NCBI GenBank assembly: GCA_016779995.1
Contig: JADHMO010000005.1
Span: 99-64,098 of the forward strand
Source: Flavobacteriales bacterium
GTDB taxonomy: Bacteria; Bacteroidota; Bacteroidia; Flavobacteriales; UBA7312
Length of the DNA: 64,000 nt
Direction: 5' to 3'
Shown here piece by piece: positions 9,876-19,654 of the stretch; the stretch's first letter is position 1, and each line of letters begins with the position of its first letter. The notes under the pieces were generated by a model. The model saw nothing but the letters and a program-made list of their open reading frames with translations, searched no databases and had not been told where the DNA came from. The position numbers and the translations under genes were made by a program.

Positions 9876-10550
9876 TTGAAATCTCAGGCACAATCACTTT
9901 TCCTTATACTTAGCGGTCTTTTTATCGCCGCCCTAATATGCTGTAATCTGATTTTTCAAAAATTTTTTACCTGGTCTCCATTTGGCATTTATACCTTTGA
10001 GATTTCAGCGGGTATCATTCCCTACCCCATTACCTTTTTAGTGACAGATATCATTTCTGAAATATATGGCAGAAAGAAAGCTAACTCAGTAGTTTTATCA
10101 GGCTTATTTGCTAGTATTTTTGTTCTTGGTATAGTTATGCTTGCAAATAGCGTTCAAGCAACAGAATGGTCACCTGTTAATGATGAAACTTTTTCCAATG
10201 TTTTTGGATTGACAGGTATAGCAGTTGGCGCATCTATGTTAGCTTATCTTCTGGCTCAATTTATAGATATTAGAGTATTTCATTTTTGGAAAAAACTAAC
10301 CAATGGCAAACACCTATGGTTAAGAAATAACGCTTCTACTTTTAGCTCACAACTTGTTGACACTGCAACAGTTTTAGTGCTATTATGTTTGGCAGGTGGT
10401 ATTGCTTGGGATAAATTTTGGGTCTTATTATTGAATGGCTTTCTGTTTAAAGTGATAATGGCATTAATTGACACGCCTATTCTTTACCTTGTAATAAATT
10501 TGATAAGAAAAAGATTTAAGCTCGAAGTTGGTGAAGAAATTGAGATTTAA
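9876..10550 (+). CDS. YhhQ/DUF165 (VUT) family queuosine-precursor transporter
   Basis: 224 aa polytopic membrane protein with YPITFLVTDIISEIYGRKKA, typical of the YhhQ family. TTG start 14 nt after the sppA stop. Confidence 0.8.
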   Translation: MKSQAQSLFLILSGLFIAALICCNLIFQKFFTWSPFGIYTFEISAGIIPYPITFLVTDIISEIYGRKKANSVVLSGLFASIFVLGIVMLANSVQATEWSPVNDETFSNVFGLTGIAVGASMLAYLLAQFIDIRVFHFWKKLTNGKHLWLRNNASTFSSQLVDTATVLVLLCLAGGIAWDKFWVLLLNGFLFKVIMALIDTPILYLVINLIRKRFKLEVGEEIEI

Positions 10551-11344
10551 TACTCAATACTTACCACATAGCCTTGATGTTTTCTGATATTTAAAACGTT
10601 CAAATAATCAAACATTAAATATTGACCTTTAATACCTGTCAAAGTACCTTCTACAACGCTTAGTTTATCAAAGGTCATACTTTTTACTTTTTTAGGATAT
10701 TCAAGAACAGGATAATTCAAATCTAGTAATTGAGAATCATTTACTACATATTGTTTTAATTCAGAAGGCAAAAAACTTTTCATTTCTTCTTTTAGTGCGA
10801 TTAAGTCAATACTTGTATTGATTTCGTTTTTTAACATTTTTTGCCAATGCGTTTTGTCTGCGATAAAATCCTTTAATGTTACCTCAATAACTCCTGCTAA
10901 ATAACGATTTGGCGTTTCTGCCAATATTATAGTCTGTGCAGCACCTTGGTCAATCCAACGTGTTGGGATTTGAGGCTTTCTAGTGATACCCACTTTGGCA
11001 TTAGCCGTTAAAGCAAGGTAAACAATCTGTGGAGTTAAATGGTATTTCTTTTCCCATTCCATATCTCTACCTATACCCAAATGTGCTTGGCACTTTTCTG
11101 GGTGTATGATACATTCTGATGCTAAGGGAGAGGACTGAAAACATGGGTAACACAGACCTTGATTAAATGATTTGTAAGTCTTAGAACCACAATTGGTGCA
11201 AAAAATTTGATTTTCAAAAGTAAATCTAACGGGCTTATTTATCAGAGAATTCATTTCAACACTTTCACTACCTATGGGTAAGTAATACTTAATGGGTTGT
11301 GAAATTTCCGACTTCATTTTTAACAAAGAACCTGTTATTTTCAT
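10547..11344 (-). CDS. DUF2797-like zinc-ribbon protein, function unknown
   Basis: 265 aa. Cys cluster CTNCGSKTYKSFNQGLCYPC...CIIHPEKC, as I recall for DUF2797. Its stop shares the TTAA tetranucleotide with the convergent yhhQ-like gene. Confidence 0.7.
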   Translation of the reverse strand: MKITGSLLKMKSEISQPIKYYLPIGSESVEMNSLINKPVRFTFENQIFCTNCGSKTYKSFNQGLCYPCFQSSPLASECIIHPEKCQAHLGIGRDMEWEKKYHLTPQIVYLALTANAKVGITRKPQIPTRWIDQGAAQTIILAETPNRYLAGVIEVTLKDFIADKTHWQKMLKNEINTSIDLIALKEEMKSFLPSELKQYVVNDSQLLDLNYPVLEYPKKVKSMTFDKLSVVEGTLTGIKGQYLMFDYLNVLNIRKHQGYVVSIEY

Positions 11345-11389
11345 TTCAAAATAGTATTTTTAAATTCAAATATTTCCTGAGTACAAGAT

Positions 11390-12901
11390 ATGATATTTTC
11401 TATAAAAAATACTCTAATGTCGTGGGTAATGCGAAAACGCATTCATCAAATAGAACTCTTTGTAAAATACCCTCATGATGTACAAAAAGATTGGTTAGAA
11501 AGCCTAATTAGTACAGCACGATTCACCGAATTTGGAAAGAAATATCACTTTAATGAAATAAGCTCCTACTCTACTTTTAGAGAAAGAGTCCCTTTGTCAA
11601 ATTATGAGGATTTATCGCCCTTTATTGAAAGATTAAGAAAAGGCGAAGAAAATATATTATGGCCTACCGAAAGCAAATGGTTTGCGAAATCGTCAGGCAC
11701 AAGTGGTCATAGAAGTAAATATATTCCAGTTACCAATGAATCCCTCAAGGATTGTCATTTTAAAGGAGGAAAAGATATGCTATCGCTGTACTGCTACAAT
11801 TATCCTGAAACTCAAGTCTTCAACGGCAAGAGTGTTATAATGGGAGGTAGCCACGAACCCTCTCTTAGCACAAATAAAAAGGACGGCGATTTGTCAGCTA
11901 TTATAGTCGATAATCTTCCTTTTTGGGTAAATATTCATCAAACCCCCAATAAGGATATTCGTTTAATGAATGACTTTGAGAAGAAGATACAACAAATGGC
12001 ACTGATTACTGCCCAAGAAGATGTTAGAACAATTTCAGGTGTACCCTCATGGATGCTTGTATTATTTCATAAAATTCTAGAGTTTAAAGGAGTAGAAAAC
12101 ATTAGTCAAGTTTGGCCAAACCTTGAACTTTATATGCATGGAGGAGTAAATTTTACGCCCTATAAAAATCAATTTGAAAAGTTGATACCAAAAGGCATCA
12201 ATTATTTAGAGACCTACAATGCATCTGAAGGGTTTTTCGGCATACAAGATCAAAAGAATAGCGATGAAATGTTGCTCATGCTAGACTATGGAATTTTTTA
12301 CGAATTTATTCCAATAGAAGAAATTGACAAACAAAAGGCCATACCACTTTGGGAAGTAGAAATAGGAAAAACTTATGCTATGGTTATCTCTACTAATGCA
12401 GGACTATGGCGCTATATTATTGGCGATACCGTTGTTTTCACTTGTGTAAGCCCATACAGAATAAAAATAAATGGTCGAATTGGACAATTCATAAATGCTT
12501 TTGGAGAAGAACTTATAATGGCTAATGCCGAGAAAGCCATACAAATTGCTTGTGAGAAAACTCATGCTAATGTCAATGAATATACGGCTGGACCTATATA
12601 TATGACAGATTCGAAACTAGCAGCTCATGAATGGGTTTTTGAATTCAACAAAAGTCCAGATGATATTGATAAATTTACAGAAATACTTGATGAAAACCTC
12701 AAGAAATTAAATTCTGACTACGCCGCAAAAAGAAATAAAAATTTAGCTTTACAAAAACCAATTCTACATAGTGTACCATCTGGATTTTTCTATAAATGGA
12801 TGAAATCTCAAAATAAGTTAGGTCGTCAATTTAAGGTGCCAAGATTATCGAATAATAGAAATCATTTAGAATCCATTTTTAAATTATTGAAAACACTATG
12901 A
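11390..12901 (+). CDS. GH3-family (acyl-acid amido synthetase-like, ANL superfamily) protein
   Basis: 503 aa. N-terminus MSWVMRKRIHQIELF and adenylation P-loop FAKSSGTSGHRSKYIPVT, typical of bacterial proteins annotated as GH3 auxin-responsive promoter family. Confidence 0.85.
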   Translation: MIFSIKNTLMSWVMRKRIHQIELFVKYPHDVQKDWLESLISTARFTEFGKKYHFNEISSYSTFRERVPLSNYEDLSPFIERLRKGEENILWPTESKWFAKSSGTSGHRSKYIPVTNESLKDCHFKGGKDMLSLYCYNYPETQVFNGKSVIMGGSHEPSLSTNKKDGDLSAIIVDNLPFWVNIHQTPNKDIRLMNDFEKKIQQMALITAQEDVRTISGVPSWMLVLFHKILEFKGVENISQVWPNLELYMHGGVNFTPYKNQFEKLIPKGINYLETYNASEGFFGIQDQKNSDEMLLMLDYGIFYEFIPIEEIDKQKAIPLWEVEIGKTYAMVISTNAGLWRYIIGDTVVFTCVSPYRIKINGRIGQFINAFGEELIMANAEKAIQIACEKTHANVNEYTAGPIYMTDSKLAAHEWVFEFNKSPDDIDKFTEILDENLKKLNSDYAAKRNKNLALQKPILHSVPSGFFYKWMKSQNKLGRQFKVPRLSNNRNHLESIFKLLKTL

Positions 12902-12944
12902 AATATTAGAAATTCCTTTAAATTAGTAGCAAAATAATAAACGT

Positions 12945-13559
12945 ATGCACATAGCCATAGCAGGAAATATTGGGTCAGGAAAGACCACACTAACAACCCT
13001 ATTGTCAAAACATTATGGTTGGGAACCACAATTTGAAGATGTTGACGACAACCCTTACTTAAATGATTTCTACAAAGACATGCAACGCTGGTCTTTTAAC
13101 TTGCAAATCTATTTTTTGAATAGCAGATTCGGTCAAGTACAAGAAATACATAAAGGCGATAAAGATGTTATTCAAGATAGAACAATGTATGAAGATGCTC
13201 ATATTTTTGCACCTAACTTACATGCTATGGGCTTAATGAGTACCAGAGATTTTGAAAACTACCAAAGTCTTTTTAAACTCATGAATAACTTCATTCCTGC
13301 CCCTAATCTTCTCATCTACTTACGTTCATCGGTCTCTAACCTTGTGGAACAAATTCAAAAAAGAGGTCGTGATTATGAAAACTCAATCCGTATTGATTAT
13401 TTATCTAGACTAAATGAACGTTACGAGGCTTGGATATCTTCTTACGACCAAGGGCACTTACTAATTATCGATGTTGATGGATTAGACTTTCAACAAAACA
13501 AAGAAGATTTAGGAACTATTATTGATAAAATTGATGCTGAAATAAACGGCTTGTTCTAA
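12945..13559 (+). CDS. Deoxynucleoside kinase (paralog 2)
   Basis: 204 aa. P-loop IAGNIGSGKTT, DRTMYED, and LID KRGRDYE. Confidence 0.9.
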   Translation: MHIAIAGNIGSGKTTLTTLLSKHYGWEPQFEDVDDNPYLNDFYKDMQRWSFNLQIYFLNSRFGQVQEIHKGDKDVIQDRTMYEDAHIFAPNLHAMGLMSTRDFENYQSLFKLMNNFIPAPNLLIYLRSSVSNLVEQIQKRGRDYENSIRIDYLSRLNERYEAWISSYDQGHLLIIDVDGLDFQQNKEDLGTIIDKIDAEINGLF

Positions 13560-13586
13560 AAATTTAAATTATTAGCAATAAAAAAA

Positions 13587-13608
13587 GCCCAGCGTTTGCT
13601 GAGCTTTT
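13587..13608. terminator. Probable bidirectional terminator
   Basis: Stem gcccagc/gctgagc (one mismatch) with loop gttt, A7 upstream and T4 downstream. It sits between the convergent dNK and hppA genes. Confidence 0.45.
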
Positions 13609-13630
13609 CAATTTTATAGCGTTAAATGGT

Positions 13631-16153
13631 TTAATTAAAATTTATGACACCATTAATGAATTCTCTATCCAAATAGAAAGTAAAAGAGGCAGGAACTATC
13701 TCCGAACCGTTTCTCAATTCACCCCTAGAAATATATTGCTTATTCTTTTTGTCAAAATCAAGAGTCCTAGAGTTGAATTTCAATTCATCAGCAGACATGA
13801 AGCTGTCATTTGAAGAACGTTCATTTCTATAAAAATTTTTGTGTAATATGATAGAAATAGATTTTAGGTCATTACCATCGGCGACGAATTTAGCTTTTGA
13901 AGCAAATTCTGTTTTGTTATCACCACTTACAAGTCCTATCATACCTTCGGCATAATTTACTCCGTCTACAATAGACACAGTCTCATCAGAACTATTAGAA
14001 GTTGATTTACCATCTAAATCCATAGCTATGGATGGCGCAATAACTAAAGCCACTACTGACATCAATTTTAATAAGATATTTAAAGAAGGGCCTGAAGTAT
14101 CTTTGAAAGGATCACCTACCGTATCACCTACAACAGCAGCTTTGTGAGCCTCAGTTCCTTTCTTTCCTTGTTCTTCTATCATTTTCTTAGCGTTGTCCCA
14201 TGCACCACCAGCGTTAGACTGGAAGATTGCCATAAGTACACCACATGTAGTAACACCTGCTAAAAGACCACCTAACATCTCAGCTCCACCGACAAATCCA
14301 ATTAGAACAGGAACAATAATAGCTAATAAACCAGGTAATACCATTTCTTTAATAGAGGCTTGAGTAGAAATTTCTACACATTTGTCATATTCAGCAACAC
14401 CATCAGCAGCATCAAATATTTTTCTATCTGCAGCAGAAGCTTTTGACATATCTGAATTGTTTTTACGCATAACTTCTAAAGCAGCTTTCAAAGCAGGAAT
14501 ATCTCTAAATTGTCTTCTTACTTCTTCAATCATGGCCATAGCGGCACGACCTACTGCATTCATAGACAATGCAGAGAATACAAATGGCAACATACCACCT
14601 ATTAATAGACCAGCCATAATATCAGGTCTAGAAACATCAATTGCTGTTACCTTGGCAGTCTTCATAAAAGCAGCAAATAAAGCTAATGCAGTTAGTGCAG
14701 CAGAAGCAATAGCAAAACCTTTACCAATAGCAGCAGTAGTATTTCCTACAGCATCTAATTTATCTGTTCTTTCTCTTACTTCAGGGTCTAACTCAGCCAT
14801 CTCAGCAATACCACCTGCATTATCAGAAATAGGACCATATGCATCTACAGCCAATTGAATACCTGTATTAGCTAACATACCAACTGCAGCGATAGCAATA
14901 CCATAAAGACCAGCGAATTTATGAGATACTATAATAGCAGCAGCAATTAAGAGGATTGGAATAGCTGTTGACATCATACCAACACCCAAACCAGCGATAA
15001 TATTTGTTGCAGAACCTGTTTCTGATTGCTGAACAATAGAATTGACAGGCTTAGTTCCTGTACCTGTATAGTATTCAGTAACTTTTCCAACTGCTAAACC
15101 AGCAACAAGACCCGCAATAGTAGCCCAAAATACGCCATTAGAAGTATACTGCATACCGCCTTCTACCCAAGATTCTGGAAGCATAGCTTGGATAATAAAC
15201 CAAGAAGCTACCAACATTAAAAATGCAGAGCCAAACTCTCCAACATTAAGAGCAGTATGAGGTGAACCACCATCTTTAACTTTAACGAAAAATGTACCAA
15301 TGATTGACATAATGATACCAACAGCAGCTAGTGCTAATGGAAGATAAACAGCACCTAAACCATCAAACTGCGATTGAAATTCTGGTAATGTAGCATAAAC
15401 AGCACCCAATACCATAGTACCAATTATAGAACCTACGTAAGATTCGAAAAGGTCAGCACCCATACCAGCAACATCACCTACATTATCACCTACGTTATCC
15501 GCAATAGTTGCAGGGTTTAGAGGGTGATCTTCAGGAATACCAGCTTCTACTTTACCTACAAGGTCAGCACCCACATCAGCAGCTTTAGTGTAAATACCAC
15601 CACCCACACGAGCAAATAGTGCAATGGAAGATGCACCAAGAGAAAAACCTGAAAGCACGTTCAATACCTCACCGATTTCCCAGCCTTGGCCACTGTATAA
15701 AATGAATAGTGAGCTAAGTCCTAAAACACCAAGACCTACAACACCTAATCCCATAACTGCACCACCAGCGAAAGCTACCTCTAGTGCAGCACCTAATGAT
15801 TTTCTAGCAGCATTAGTTGTTCTTACGTTGGCTTTTGTCGCCACACGCATACCAATAAATCCAGCTAATGCAGAACAAATTGCACCCACAATAAAGGAAA
15901 CTGCAACCATTCCGTTTGAGCCTTCTTCAGAACTTCCTTTGAAGTAAAGTAAAATAGCTACTGCTAATACAAAAACTGATAAGATTTTGTATTCAGCTTT
16001 CAAGAATGACATTGCACCATCAGCGATGTTTTTTGCAATTCTTGACATCTTTTCAGTACCTTCTTCTTGCTTAGAAACCCAAGCATTCTTCCAGAATACG
16101 TAGCCTAAAGCTAGAACACCGAAAAGAGGTAAAAAGTCTACAATCATTTTCAT
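13631..16153 (-). CDS. hppA: K+-dependent-type membrane-bound pyrophosphatase (H+/Na+-translocating) with a 130-aa C-terminal extension
   Basis: 840 aa. mPPase motifs [36 protein letters not shown] and [19 protein letters not shown] has Ala at the K+-dependence position, where K+-independent enzymes have Lys. A soluble tail follows the last TM helix (..VIAPSIA). Confidence 0.95.
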   Translation of the reverse strand: MKMIVDFLPLFGVLALGYVFWKNAWVSKQEEGTEKMSRIAKNIADGAMSFLKAEYKILSVFVLAVAILLYFKGSSEEGSNGMVAVSFIVGAICSALAGFIGMRVATKANVRTTNAARKSLGAALEVAFAGGAVMGLGVVGLGVLGLSSLFILYSGQGWEIGEVLNVLSGFSLGASSIALFARVGGGIYTKAADVGADLVGKVEAGIPEDHPLNPATIADNVGDNVGDVAGMGADLFESYVGSIIGTMVLGAVYATLPEFQSQFDGLGAVYLPLALAAVGIIMSIIGTFFVKVKDGGSPHTALNVGEFGSAFLMLVASWFIIQAMLPESWVEGGMQYTSNGVFWATIAGLVAGLAVGKVTEYYTGTGTKPVNSIVQQSETGSATNIIAGLGVGMMSTAIPILLIAAAIIVSHKFAGLYGIAIAAVGMLANTGIQLAVDAYGPISDNAGGIAEMAELDPEVRERTDKLDAVGNTTAAIGKGFAIASAALTALALFAAFMKTAKVTAIDVSRPDIMAGLLIGGMLPFVFSALSMNAVGRAAMAMIEEVRRQFRDIPALKAALEVMRKNNSDMSKASAADRKIFDAADGVAEYDKCVEISTQASIKEMVLPGLLAIIVPVLIGFVGGAEMLGGLLAGVTTCGVLMAIFQSNAGGAWDNAKKMIEEQGKKGTEAHKAAVVGDTVGDPFKDTSGPSLNILLKLMSVVALVIAPSIAMDLDGKSTSNSSDETVSIVDGVNYAEGMIGLVSGDNKTEFASKAKFVADGNDLKSISIILHKNFYRNERSSNDSFMSADELKFNSRTLDFDKKNKQYISRGELRNGSEIVPASFTFYLDREFINGVINFN

Positions 16154-16197
16154 AATTTGAAATTTAAGTTAATTTGATTAATTGTTAATTTGGTTAA

Positions 16198-17178
16198 TTA
16201 TTTTGAATAAGTTACCTCTTTGACAGCTTCTATCAACTTGTCTTTGTTAGGTAAAAACGCCTCTACTAATGTAGGAGCGTAAGCCATTGGGGTATCTAGA
16301 CAAGTCACTCGTTTTATTGGAGCATCTAGAAAATCAAAAGCATCTTTTTGTATTTTAAAAGCAATTTCTGTTGCTATCGAACCCAAAGGCCAAGACTCCT
16401 CTAATACAACAAGTCTGTTGGTCTTTTTCACAGATTCTATAATGGTATCATAATCTATTGGTCGAACTGTTCTCAAATCAATCACTTCGGCTTCGATACC
16501 TTGTTCAGCCAATTCATCAGCTGCCTTGTATGCCTCTTTGATTATTTTGCCGAAAGATACAATAGTCACATCAGTACCTTTTCTTTTCACTTCAGCAACA
16601 CCCATAGGAATAAGGTATTCGCCCTCAGGCACTTCACCTTTATCGCCATACATTTGTTCAGACTCCATAAAAATTACAGGATCGTTATCTCGGATAGCAG
16701 ATTTTAATAGACCTTTAGCATCGTATGGATTAGAAGGTACAACAACTTTCAAGCCAGGGCAATTGGCATACCAACTTTCAAAGGCTTGAGAGTGAGTAGC
16801 CCCTAGCTGACCAGCCGAAGCAGTAGGACCTCTAAATACGATAGGCACTGGGAATTGACCACCAGACATTTGTCTCATTTTAGCAGCATTACTGATAATC
16901 TGATCAATAGCTACAAGTGAAAAATTGAAAGTCATAAATTCTATGATTGGTCTTAAGCCATTCATAGCAGAGCCAACGCCTACACCCGCAAATCCTAACT
17001 CAGAAATCGGCGTATCAATTACACGCTTTTCTCCAAATTCATCTAACATTCCTTTAGACGCTTTGTAAGCACCATTGTACTCAGCAACCTCTTCTCCCAT
17101 CAAGTAAATGCTAGAATCTCTACGCATTTCCTCGCTCATAGCTTCACAAACAGCCTCTCTAAATTGAATTTCTCTCAT
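16198..17178 (-). CDS. pdhB: Pyruvate/2-oxoacid dehydrogenase E1 component beta subunit
   Basis: Transketolase-like pyrimidine-binding and C-terminal domains (EEVAEYNGAYKASKG, RVIDTPISE). Start set at MREIQFREA (ATG at 17178), not the 13-codon longer ORF. Confidence 0.9.
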   Translation of the reverse strand: MREIQFREAVCEAMSEEMRRDSSIYLMGEEVAEYNGAYKASKGMLDEFGEKRVIDTPISELGFAGVGVGSAMNGLRPIIEFMTFNFSLVAIDQIISNAAKMRQMSGGQFPVPIVFRGPTASAGQLGATHSQAFESWYANCPGLKVVVPSNPYDAKGLLKSAIRDNDPVIFMESEQMYGDKGEVPEGEYLIPMGVAEVKRKGTDVTIVSFGKIIKEAYKAADELAEQGIEAEVIDLRTVRPIDYDTIIESVKKTNRLVVLEESWPLGSIATEIAFKIQKDAFDFLDAPIKRVTCLDTPMAYAPTLVEAFLPNKDKLIEAVKEVTYSK

Positions 17179-17202
17179 ACAATTATTAAAAATATAGGAG
17201 TG

Positions 17203-17210
17203 CAAAAATA
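17203..17210 (-). promoter_or_regulatory. Bacteroidota -7 promoter box (TATTTTTG on minus strand) for pdhB
   Basis: The reverse complement of caaaaata matches TAnnTTTG, 25 nt upstream of the ATG at 17178. Confidence 0.4.
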
Positions 17211-17302
17211 ACATTTTTTACAAATTAGCAAAGAAGATAATAACTATTAAAATCTTGTTAATACTATTGTTAAATTCTTGCAAAATAATGCCTCAAAATC
17301 CT

Positions 17303-17310
17303 TAGTTTTG
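17303..17310 (+). promoter_or_regulatory. Bacteroidota -7 promoter box (TAGTTTTG) for etfB-etfA
   Basis: Exact TAnnTTTG 24 nt upstream of the ATG at 17334. A TTG at 17278-17280 gives a 22-nt spacer to a possible -33 element. Confidence 0.45.
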
Positions 17311-17333
17311 CTAAACATAACTAACAACGAAAA

Positions 17334-18086
17334 ATGACTATGAACATACTAGTATGCATTAGTAACGTTCCTGACACGACGTCTAAGATTGAATTCACTA
17401 GTGACTCCACGGCATTCAACACTGAAGGAGTGCAATTTATCATCAATCCCTACGATGAGTTTGGACTTACGAAAGCTATAAAACTGAGAGAAGAACACGG
17501 AGGAAAGGTTACTGTCATTCATTTAGGTGAGGCATCTAGCGAACCAACCCTTAGAAAAGCATTGGCTATTGGTGCTGACCAAGCAATACGAATAGACTCT
17601 GAATCTAAAGATAGTTTTAGTGTAGCTCAAGAGTTAGCCAAGGTAATTTCTGAACAAGACTTTGATTTAATAATTACGGGTAGAGAGTCTATCGATTATA
17701 ATAATGGCGCAGTTCCTGGAATGTTAGCAGCAATTCTCGATTTACCTTTTGTAAATGCCTGTACTGGCTTCGCATTAAGTGGCGATAAGGCTAATATGGA
17801 AAGAGAAATAGAAGGAGGCAAAGAATTTGTCAAAGCATCACTACCACTAATTATTGCTGGTCAGAAAGGCTTAGTCGAAGAATCTGACTTACTCATTCCT
17901 AACATGCGAGGCATTATGACTGCTAGAACTAAACCGCTAACTGTAGTCAGCTCAAACGGAACAGTTGATAAAAGCAAGTCTATATCATTTGAAAAACCTG
18001 CCGCTAAACAAGCTTGTAAAATGGTAGAAGCAGGTCAAGAAAAAGAATTAGTATCATTACTTCATCAAGAAGCAAAAGTAATTTAA
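17334..18086 (+). CDS. etfB: Electron transfer flavoprotein beta subunit
   Basis: 250 aa. N-terminus ILVCISNVPDTTSKI and the GRESIDYNNG motif, typical of EtfB. Followed 3 nt later by etfA. Confidence 0.93.
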   Translation: MTMNILVCISNVPDTTSKIEFTSDSTAFNTEGVQFIINPYDEFGLTKAIKLREEHGGKVTVIHLGEASSEPTLRKALAIGADQAIRIDSESKDSFSVAQELAKVISEQDFDLIITGRESIDYNNGAVPGMLAAILDLPFVNACTGFALSGDKANMEREIEGGKEFVKASLPLIIAGQKGLVEESDLLIPNMRGIMTARTKPLTVVSSNGTVDKSKSISFEKPAAKQACKMVEAGQEKELVSLLHQEAKVI

Positions 18087-18089
18087 GAT

Positions 18090-19055
18090 ATGTCAGTATT
18101 AGTATTCGCAGAAAGTTGGAATGGCTCCTTTAAGAAAGGAACATTTGAAGCAATAACATTTGCACACGATACCGCTAAAAAATTAAACTTATCATGTATT
18201 GCGGTCACATTAGGAAATATCAATGATGATATTAATTCACTATCAAATTATGGAGCTGACAAAGTTATTAGCGTAAATTCTGATTTTGATAGCTGTGATA
18301 ATAAAGGTATGTCATCGGTCTTAGCGCAAGTTGCTAAACAAGAAAATGCTAGCGTATTTATTATTTCAAATAGCAATACGGGAAAATGTATTGGGCCTAG
18401 ACTATCTATTGATTTAGACGCCTCATACATTAGTAATGTTGTCGATATACCATCAGAAACCTCTCCTATTACTATAAAGAAAAAAGCATTTTCTGGGAAA
18501 GCTTTTGAAATTGCACAGACGACCTCTAGCAGTTGTGTTTTAGCACTATCTCCTAATGCCTACACCATCACTGAGAATCCAAATCCCAATTGCCAAATAG
18601 ACACTTTTGACTTTACTAATGAAAGCCCTAACGTAACTTCTGAAAAAGTAGAAAAATCAAGTGGCAAGATTAGTTTGGCAGAAGCTGAAGTGGTAGTCTC
18701 GGCAGGAAGAGGCTTAAAAGCCCCTGAAAACTGGGGTATGATAGAAGAACTAGCCGATTTGCTTAACGCTGGAACAGCTTGTTCAAAACCTGTTTCCGAT
18801 ATCGGCTGGAGACCGCATAGCGAACACGTAGGACAAACAGGTAAAGCCATAGCACCAAATTTATATATAGCCGTAGGTATTTCAGGTGCTATTCAACATT
18901 TAGCAGGAGTTAATTCTTCTAAAGTAATGGTAGCTATAAACACCGATCCTGAAGCACCTTTTTTCAAAGCTGCAGACTATGGTATAGTAGGTGATGCATT
19001 TGAAGTAGTCCCTCGTCTAATAGAAGAAATAAAAAATTTCAAAGCAAATAATTAA
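18090..19055 (+). CDS. etfA: Electron transfer flavoprotein alpha subunit
   Basis: 321 aa. C-terminal FAD-binding signature VVSAGRG...PNLYIAVGISGAIQHLAG...INTDPEAP. Confidence 0.93.
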   Translation: MSVLVFAESWNGSFKKGTFEAITFAHDTAKKLNLSCIAVTLGNINDDINSLSNYGADKVISVNSDFDSCDNKGMSSVLAQVAKQENASVFIISNSNTGKCIGPRLSIDLDASYISNVVDIPSETSPITIKKKAFSGKAFEIAQTTSSSCVLALSPNAYTITENPNPNCQIDTFDFTNESPNVTSEKVEKSSGKISLAEAEVVVSAGRGLKAPENWGMIEELADLLNAGTACSKPVSDIGWRPHSEHVGQTGKAIAPNLYIAVGISGAIQHLAGVNSSKVMVAINTDPEAPFFKAADYGIVGDAFEVVPRLIEEIKNFKANN

Positions 19056-19642
19056 TGAAACTCATTCAACTGGATATAGTTGGACTTTCAAATAGTCAAA
19101 CCCAATCTGGAGCTTATGCTCTAGTATTAGGTGAGATTGGAGGCAAAAGAAGGCTACCTATTGTAATAGGCAATTTCGAGGCAAAAGCCATCGCTATTGC
19201 TTTGGATAATGAATACAAAAGCCAACGCCCCATCACTCACGATTTGTTTAAAACATTAGCCGATGGTTTTAAGATTAATGTTCAAAAAGTAGTAATTAGC
19301 TCTATTAATTCAGGAGGTATATTTTCATCCATTATTTATTGTATAGACCACAACGGCAAAGAAGTTGAGCTAGACTCCAGAACCTCTGATGCCGTGGCTA
19401 TTGCTATACGTTTTAAGGCTCCAATCTTTTCCTACGAAGCCATCATCGATGAGGCTGGCATTATATTAGATAAAGATGTTATTTCTACACAAAGTGAAGA
19501 ATTAGAGGAAAATGAAGATTTCTCCAATGATTTTAATAACATATCCATAAAAGAGTTAGAGGAAAAATTGAATGAAGCTATTGAAAATGAAGATTACGAA
19601 TTAGCTTCAAGAATTAGAGATGAAATTAACAGAAGAAGCTAA
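19055..19642 (+). CDS. Bifunctional nuclease (DUF151/BFN) family protein with C-terminal UVR motif
   Basis: 195 aa. LPIVIGNFEAKAIAIAL..RPITHDL is typical of BFN. The C-terminal ELEEKLNEAIENEDYELASRIRDEINRR resembles a UvrB/C UVR helix. Its start overlaps the etfA stop. Confidence 0.8.
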   Translation: MKLIQLDIVGLSNSQTQSGAYALVLGEIGGKRRLPIVIGNFEAKAIAIALDNEYKSQRPITHDLFKTLADGFKINVQKVVISSINSGGIFSSIIYCIDHNGKEVELDSRTSDAVAIAIRFKAPIFSYEAIIDEAGIILDKDVISTQSEELEENEDFSNDFNNISIKELEEKLNEAIENEDYELASRIRDEINRRS

Positions 19643-19654
19643 CACACAGACATT

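Noticed and set aside
11390-12901. Taking the GH3 auxin-responsive label literally, as plant-hormone metabolism.
   Set aside because: The name comes from plant homologues. Only the adenylating-enzyme fold can be inferred here, and the substrate is unknown.
14382-15947. Plus-strand ORFs 14382-14858 and 15624-15947 inside hppA.
   Set aside because: Both are antisense shadows of a strongly supported mPPase gene. Their Ala/Ser/Pro-rich translations are what the reverse frame of a Gly/Ala/Val-rich membrane protein produces.
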